Shown here: piece by piece, positions 40,901 through 49,900 of the stretch | Position numbering within the stretch: position 1 is the first letter of the stretch | Layout: each line of letters begins with the position of its first letter | Assembly: GCA_013239625.1 (NCBI GenBank) | Contig: MU056765.1 | Span: 1,938,485 to 2,002,302 of the forward strand | Direction of reading: 5' to 3' | DNA from: Lama guanicoe | Taxonomy: Eukaryota | DNA: 63,818 bases | Translations under genes and position numbers: made by a program | The notes under the pieces: generated by a model | Database searches by the model: none | What the model was told of the DNA's origin: nothing | What the model saw: only the letters and a program-made list of their open reading frames with translations

Positions 40901-43900
40901 GACATAAAGGTTTTGGGAAAAGCTCCTGGTAAATACGCGGTGTGGTTAAAGTTGTTATTAATGTAGTGAAAAAGAAGAATATTCCAGTGCAACTGGGAGA
41001 ACACGGGTTCTGGTCTAAGTGCCACCGCAGACTTAATTCCCCTAACGCGGGGCCCTTGGGCACACCTGTCCTCAGGCGGCTCCCTGCTCTGCCCCTCCAG
41101 CCCCTGCTGCAGCAGTCAGTGTGTGCTGTGCTCCCAGGGAGCGTTCCGTTCACACTGCTTGCGCGAGGCCGTTTGAATGATCCTTCTTGTTGTTGTTGTT
41201 GTTGTCAGGATGCAGTTCCAAAGTGCCGAGCCTTCACCCACCAGATGGTTCAGTTCCTCAGCTCCCTGGAGCAGAATGGGAAAATCTCCTTAGCGGCCCT
41301 GGAACAGGAAATGTCTAAGCTCTTGGATGACATCCTTGTTTTTAACCCACCTAGTAAGTGGCTACGGTGAGGTCATGTATTCACTCAGTAAGTGAATGCC
41401 TGCTGTGTCTAAGGCATTTTGAGGTCAAGAAGGTGGCCAGGACACTGTCATTCCTGTTTCCAGGGAAGCAGTGGTTAGAGAGATGACTGGACCGTGGGGA
41501 CACTGTGTCATCTCAGCACTCAGGGGAGGCATGACTATTAACAGCTTGAGAACGGGTGGATTCTCTCAGATGCTGGTGTGCGGTTAACTGGGCTGAGGGC
41601 TAAGCAGATGACTGGATATAATGGTGAGGAGCTAACCAGAGACTGTCCAGTGAGCAGCATTCCTGGATGCTTTAGCTCTGAACTGGGAGGGCACTTGAGC
41701 ATCACACAGATGTCTTTAACATTATTAACATTTTTTTTATTGCAGTGTCGTCACTTTACAATGTGGTGTCAGTTTCTGGTGTACAGCATAAGACAACATT
41801 TTTATATTTATTTACATGCTATTTGAAAGTAGGTAACTGTAGTGTTTAGGGAAGCATACTGATAGAAGGCTGGTGTGGCTATTTGAGTTGGTTGGACTTG
41901 GTGAACCAAAAAATCGGTTGACAGCTCTTGGGCATACCTGCAGTATGGGTCTACCACAGAGGGTATCTGATGCGGTGTTTAAAAATACAGATTCTGAAAC
42001 CAGACTGTGACTCTACATTGTGAGCTTTGTGACCATGAACAGCTGTGTAGCCTCATCTGCAAGATGGGACAATTATTGTCCCTGCTTCACACAGAAATCG
42101 TCAAGTATGGAATGAGACAAGGCATCCAGGGCGCTACCTTGGAAAGTCAGGAACACCCAGTGGCTGTTAAAAGAAAAAAAAAAAAATAAAAGGATTAGCA
42201 GGCAGTCCTGGGGAAACGGACCTAGAGTTGGTCGTAGGTAATTATCCCATGAAGACTAAGAGCCGGCCGGGCCAAGGAGTGAAGGGCGTTTTAGAAAGGT
42301 GTTAATCAGAAGGGTGGTGGGGGCAGGTCTGTCTTTATGAACAGTTGTTGGCTGTGCTGATGACTGACAGGACGGGGACAGGCTGGGGCCTGTTAGGAGG
42401 CCTACTGCAGTCAGGGTTTTGTTCCCATGAGTCATAATTAAAGGATAAATTAAAACTGCTATTCAGTTGGAATTCAGAGATAAGGCCTTCATTGCCGAGA
42501 ATATTTATACCAATAGAAATATAAGAAAAAAAATAGTCACACACATATAGTGGTATCTTCCTCATACTCTTTCTTTTGAAGTCCCTGCTGATAGTACACA
42601 GGTCTTACAGCTTTGTTAGGGTTTATTTAACACTGTGCAAGTGGGTGAATTTGGTTTGATGGGAGTGATGAGGAACCTCCCTGCTTCCAGTGATACAAAC
42701 ATTGAGGCCTTGTGGTGAGAAAGCCACAATTCTGTTCTCTTAAAACACTGTGCCCAACTCATGGAGAATTAGAAATAGTGGGCAAAAATGATGCCTGAGG
42801 AGTAGTTTTCTTCGCACATTCTCAGTGAAATATATTTTCTATTCTTGGATGTGAAAGAAGGAATCTACCTTGGTAAATTACTTATTTGCAGTTCTCTTGT
42901 TAAAATAAATTGCTCTTTTTCTTGTGTTATATGCTTTTTAAAAATCTCTTAATACTTTAGAAAGACCCAGTCTGTGCTTTTTTTTTAAACAAAGAAATAA
43001 AAGAGTTTCTGTTGGGAACCTGTAAAAAGGTTTTTCCTTTCTTTACTTTAGGTTTTTTTTGCTTGTTCTCTTTTTTCTTATTGAACTATAGTTAGTTTAC
43101 AATGTGTCAGTTTCTAGTGTACAGCGTAAAGTTCCAGTCATACATTTGCATACATAGATTTGCTTTCATATTCTTTTTCATTATAAATTACCATAAGATA
43201 CTGACTATAGTTCCCTGTGCTGTACAGCAAAAACTTTTAATTCATCTATTTTATATACAATAGTTAGTATCTGCAAATCTTGATCCCTCAATTTATCCAC
43301 CCTCCCCCTGTAACCATAAGTTTGTTTTCTATGTCTGTGAGTCTGTTTCTGTTTTGTAAATAAGTTCATGTCCTTTTTTTTTTTTTTTTTTTTAGATTCC
43401 ACATGTAAGTGATATCATATGGTATTNNNNNNNNNNNNNNNNNNNNNNNNNNNNNNNNNNNNNNNNNNNNNNNNNNNNNNNNNNNNNNNNNNNNNNNNNN
43501 NNNNNNNNNNNNNNNNNNNNNNNNNNNNNNNNNNNNNNNNNNNNNNNNNNNNNNNNNNNNNNNNNNNNNNATCGTTGGACATTTAGGTTGTTTCCATGTC
43601 TTGGATATTGTAAACAGTGCTGCTGTGAACATTGGGGGTGCAGGTATCTCTTTGAACTAGAGTTCCCTCCAGGTGTATGCCCAGGAGTGGGATTGCTGGA
43701 TCATATGGTAACTCTGTTTTTACTTTTTAAAGGAATCTTTATCCTATTTTCCATAGTGGCTGCACCAAACTACATTCCTATCAACAGTGTAGGAGGGCTC
43801 CCTTTTCTCCACAGCCTCTCCAGCATTTATCATTTGTGGACTTTTAAATGATGGCCATTCTGACCGGTGTGAGGTGATACCTCATTGTTTTGATTTGCAT

Positions 43901-46900
43901 TTCTCTGATAATTAGTGGTATTGAGCATTTTTTCATGTGCCTATTGGCCACTTGTAAGTCTTCCTTGGAGAATTGCTTGTTTAGGTCTTCTGCCCATTTT
44001 TGGTTCGGGTGGTTTGGTTTTTGTTGTTGTTGTTATTAAGCTATATGAGCTGTTTGTATATGCTGGAGATTAAGCCCTTGTCAGTCACATCTTTCTGAAG
44101 TATCTTTTCCCATTCTGTAGGTTGTCTTTTGTTTTGTTTGTAGTTTCCTTTGCAAAAGCTTGTACGTTTAATTAGGTCCCATTTATTTATTTTTGCTTTT
44201 ATCTCTATTGCCTGGATAGACTGCTCTACGAGAACATTGCTAAGATTTATGTCAGGGAATGTTTTGCTTGTTTTCTTCCAGAAAGTTTGTAGTGTCTTGT
44301 CTTATGTTTAAGTCTTTAAGCCATTTTGAGTTTATTTTTGTGTATGGAGTGAGGGAGTGTTCTAACCTCATTGATTTACATGTGGCTGTTCAGTTTTCCC
44401 AACACCACTTGCTGAAGAGACTGTCTTTTCTCCATTGTATATTCTTGCCTCCTTTGTTGAAGATGAATTGACCATAAGGGTGTGGGCTTATTTGTAGGAT
44501 CTCTGTTCTGTGCCATTAATCCACATGTCTGTTTTTGTGACATACCACACTGTTTTGATTACTGTAGCTCTGTAATATTGTCTGAAGTCTGGGAGGGTTA
44601 TTCCTCCAGCTTCCTTCTTTTTCTTTANNNNNNNNNNNNNNNNNNNNNNNNNNNNNNNNNNNNNNNNNNNNNNNNNNNNNNNNNNNNNNNNNNNNNNNNN
44701 NNNNNNNNNNNNNNNNNNNNNNNNNNNNNNNNNNNNNNNNNNNNNNNNNNNNNNNNNNNNNNNNNNNNNNNNNNNNNNNNNNNNNNNNNNNNNNNNNNNN
44801 NNNNNNNNNNNNCCATTTCTTTAAGTCATCTTTAATTTCCCTAATCAATGTTTTATAGTTCTCTGTGCATGAGTCTTTCACCTCCTTGGTCAGGTTTATT
44901 GCTAGATTTTGTTTGTTTGTTTGTTTCTTGATGTGACTTTAAGTGGGATTGTTTCTTTACTTTCCTTTTCTGATATTTCATGGTCAGTGTAAAGAAATGC
45001 AGCTGATTTCTGTATGTTAATCTTGTATCCTGCTACCTTGTGAATTCTTTTATCAGCTCTAGTAGTTTTTGTGCAGAGCCTTTAGGGTTTTTTATATGTA
45101 GTATCATTCATCTGCTTATAGTGACAATTTTACCTCTTCTCCTTCCNNNNNNNNNNNNNNNNNNNNNNNNNNNNNNNNNNNNNNNNNNNNNNNNNNNNNN
45201 NNNNNNNNNNNNNNNNNNNNNNNNNNNNNNNNNNNNNNNNNNNNNNNNNNNNNNNNNNNNNNNNNNNNNNNNNNNNNNNNNNNNNNNNNNNNNNNNNNNN
45301 NNNNNNNNNNNNNNNNNNNNNNNNNNNNNNNNNNNNNNTGGTAAGAGTTTTTCTCATAAATGGGTGTTGAATTTTATTAAATGCTTTTTTCTGCATCTAT
45401 TGAGATGATCATTATACTTTTAAGTAATAACCTTCATTCTGTGTAAATCACTCTAGAATTATTAACAGCTTTGATGCTGAAACATGATGCTGTTCACCAG
45501 AAATTCACACCACATTGTGACCTGACTGTACTTCAATTGAAAAATAAAAACAGCGGCCGCTTTGGTAGTACTAGAGGTGAAGGTACTGTTTCTCATTAGT
45601 TTACCAAATGACTCCTGAGATCTATGTATTTTGTTTTCTAATTAGCAAAGTTTAGAAAACAAAGACCAAGGGTAGGTACAGCTCAGTGGTAGAGAAGGTG
45701 CTTAGAATGTGTGAGGTCCTGGGTTCTAGCCCCAGTACCTCCATTCCAAAAGAAAAAAAGGAAGAAAGAGAATAAAGACTAATTCAGCATATTGCAATAA
45801 ATAGGTTACTCTTTCACACCAGCCAACTATTGATCAGCCACACTCCGTAACCAAGGATCTTGCAACAGTTCTTGCTTTGTTCTTACAGAGTATTTATGTG
45901 CCACATCCTGTCCTTGAAAGCACTGTTCACTGTTTTCCTTCTGGCCCCTTGAGATCAGGCATTAGAATTTTAAATCTGCCCGGGGAGCAGCTAGTTCGAA
46001 GCACTGTTGTTCCCTTGGTCACGTTCATGGCGTTTTGCCAGCATGCGTTCATGTCCCCCTTCAGATGTGGACAGCCAGGCCCGCCACATGGCCCTCAGCA
46101 GCCTCTTTATGGAAGTGCTGATGATGATAAACAACGCCACCATCCCCACGGCAGAGTTCCTCCGGGGCAGCATCCGGACCTGGATCGGGCAGAAGGTGCA
46201 CGGGCTGCTGGTGCTGCCGCTGCTGACGGCAGCCTGCCAGAGCCTGGCCTCCGTCCGCCACATGGCCGAGACGACGGAAGCCTGCATCACCGCCTACTTC
46301 AAAGAGGGTAAGAGGACGGTCATCTCAGGCTCTCACGACATCAGTCTTTTCCAGGGAGGGTGGAAGCTCTGTCTGAAGGAGGCACCTCTCTAGACCCTTT
46401 GCGGTCAGCGATTGTACCACCCTAACTTCTCCGTAAATGTTATTGATGTTTCGGAAGAGAGTGTCTTTTTCATAAAGATCTGCAGGTAGCGTGAGGACCT
46501 CTGGCCCCTGTCTGTTGGTACCATCACATTTCAAGGGAGGGGACCCCTAATTCACTCGACATGGGTGTTGGAATGTCAGACCAGTTCTTTTATGGTAGGC
46601 AGATCGTGAATGTCACAGGCTCAGTCTAGTCCTAAAAACGAGTGCTATAAACTAGAATCTGTATAATAATCCACTATATTAAATTTCTCTATTTTGTCAC
46701 TTGTTAAAATGAGTTTTCATGGACGTCCTTTTATTGCTTGTTGTCATATGTTTTAAACTATTATGATGAGGTTCCCCCCACCCCCTTACCTTTTGTCTTT
46801 CTCATTCCCTACCTCTAATCTCTCAGATTCTGCAAACAACCTGGTCTGGTTAAGAATTGCTCAGAACAGTACTTCTCAACTCTGATACCCAGATAGACGT

Positions 46901-49900
46901 CACAGTACACACAGTAGGAGAGAAAGAAGGGTATCGGAGTGAGAATGCCAGATGATGCCTGTAACCTGCCCCCTGCCCTTTCTGGACAACACGTGAGCAA
47001 TCCACATTCTCCTGTGGAAGGTGCTGTGTGTCAACATGTCACCCCACCCTCATTCACCCCAAGAACCAAGACCCATTAGGATAACACTCTTGCTCCAAAT
47101 TTATTTGCTATTTGTTGCTAAAATCAAATTCATTTTTTTTTCAATTTGTGTAACATTTTCAAGAATTTCTGTCATGCTAGGAGTCAGACTAAGCTTTGAT
47201 AAGTGAAAACTGCTTTTGATGGCTAGAGTAATGATAATTTCTCTTGGAAAATATAAGTTTTCACAATGTATCTAAAAATGCTATTAGGCAAAGTTAAAAT
47301 TCTTAGGTAACTGGGGCGGGCAGTGTCTACATGTGATTTTAATGATTATAATATGGCAAGAAAGGTGATTTATGAAGATGCAGTCCTGAATTCTGACTGC
47401 TTAACCTCTGCCCCGGCCAGCCAGGTGGCAGCCCGAGGGCTGTGAGGCTTGTGGCCTCCAGGGCCAGCGTGAGTGGTGTTTTCTTGACCTGAAGCGTTTG
47501 AAGTGAGCAGGTTTATCAGGGTAATTTGAATAACTGGATTCTTGCTTTTCTCTTGCCTTCTCCTCTCGGTGTCCTTTTCTTAGGCTCCCACCATCAGAAT
47601 TTAGGATGGGGCCCCATCCTGGTGTCCCTTCAAGTTCCTGAGCTCACCATGGAAGAGTTTCTGCAGGAGTGCCTGTCCCTTGGCAGCTACCTGACCCTCT
47701 ACGTCTACTTGCTGCAGTGTCTAAATAGCGAGCAGACAGCAAGGAACGAAATGAAAGTGCTGCTCACCTTGAACAAGTGGCTGGAGCAAGTGTATCCGAG
47801 GTGCGCCGGCCCCGCGGCCGCCCCTGCACGCCCACTGGGTCGGGGCGCCTTGGCGTTTGGGTTTAAGCAAGCGTCCGTTCAAGTGCAGGTGACACATCAG
47901 AAACCCACAAGGCTGTGAGCTACAGCGATGCTTGTTCCAGATTTTACTCGCATGGCTGATCTTCTGAGCAGGCTTTTTACTTCCCACAGCAGTCCTGTCG
48001 AAGCACCACCTTTAGCTTCTGTAGCTTCCAGTTAAGCAGAGGTGACAGTGTTTACCTCCTGGGGTTATTACAAGGATCAAGTGAAAGAACATCTAAGTTC
48101 ACATCCAGCATCTGGCACGTGGAAGGGTCAATAAATTAGCTGCTTCTTTATTGCCCGATTACCTTATTAACATTATCACATTTAGAGTACTAAATGTCCC
48201 TTATACTTAAAACTCATGTATGGGTGTTCAGTTAAACGAGACTGGAAGGAACCTACTCCTAATTGGATTTCCTCCTGCACCCTCTCCCCGACCCCGGGCA
48301 GCTCGAGCCAGGAAGAAGCGAAGCTGTTCCTGTGGTGGCACCAGGTCCTGCAGCTGTCCCTGGTCCAGACGGAGCAGAATGACTCGGTCTTGACGGAATC
48401 GGTCATTCGAATTCTGCTCATGCTCCAGGGCAGGCAGAACCTGCTGGCCGAGGAGAGGCTCAGCTCCGGGATTCTCGGGGCCATTGGGCTGGGCCGGAAG
48501 TCGCCCTTGTCTAACAGGTAAGGAGGACCCGCGCTGCGCTGCTCAGCGGCCCCAGACATTCACATCTGCCTCGGGGGTGTGATGCTTCGCAGACTTTTGA
48601 TGTAGGAGCTGGTTTCCCCCAAAAGATTGAGAAGAAACAGTCAGTGCCTGATTGCACCTTTGTATTTTCGGGGGTGGGGGTGGGTAGTCAGGTTTCTTCA
48701 TTGATTTGCGCTTGGAGGAGGTACCGGGGATTGAACCCGGGACTTCTTGGGTGCTCAGCATGCGCTCTACCACTTGAGCTAGACCCTTCCCCCTGCATCT
48801 TTATCTTTTAAAATGCATGTTTATTTTTTCGCATTTTTAAACAACTTTTATGTTCAAAGAATTTTGTAAGCTGACCGCACGACTCATTGCTTTTTGGCTT
48901 GGAGCCAGGGATGCTTCGCGGTTTTAAGTTAAAATCCCCCGGTCAGGTGCTTCACTCCCTGCGCTTCGTCAGGGCAGTCCAGGCCCCGTGAGGGGCGTGG
49001 CCTAGCACAGCTCTCGAGGCAGGATGAGATGGAGTTAACTGATTAGAAGGGTAAGTAATGATGGCTAAGTCCAGGGTTTTGTTGCTAAAAAATTCAAAAC
49101 ATGACAGATTTTGCCACTGGCCCCATTTTGTCTCCCAAGACTCGTTTGCATCACCAATTTTCTTTTAAAGGCCTTACCTGGGCTGAAGAGTTCTCGTACT
49201 ATCCTGATGCCAGTCTTCTGTGGAATAGCCCATTGCAACTTTGGGAACCACTCATTCCAAACCAGTTAACATCATGTTTCTGCTTATGGTAGAACTTAGC
49301 AGGACTATGTGATTTGATTGACTTAAATTGTGGTAAAATGCACATAAAGTTGATCGTGGTAACCCTTTTAAAATGTACAATGCAGTAATATTTAGTACAT
49401 TCACAGTGTTGTTGCAAGCATCACCACTGTTTTGTTCCAGAACATTTTCATCACCCCAAAAGGAAATCCTACACCTACTAAAGCAGCCACATGCTGTTCA
49501 CCTGTCCCCCAAGTCTCTGGCAGCCAATGATGTACTTTCTAACTTTATGTGTATCCTGTTCTGAACATCGCATATAAATGGAATCATATAATATGTGGCT
49601 CTTGTGTCTGACTTCTTTCACTTAGCATTAAGTTTCAAGACTAATCCATTTTTAGCATTTGTCAATACTTCTTTCCTTTTTATGACAGTAATATTCCATT
49701 GTATGGATGCACCACATTTTGTTTATCCATTCGGCAGTTGAGAGACATTTGGGTTGTTTCCCCTGTTTGGCTGTGGTGAGCAGTGCTGCTGAGAAAGCTG
49801 TATACAGATTTTTGTTATAACACCTGTTTTCAGTTCGTTGGGGATTGCTGGGTCATATGGTTACTCTTCATTTAACTCACTGAGGAGCTGCCAGCTGTTT

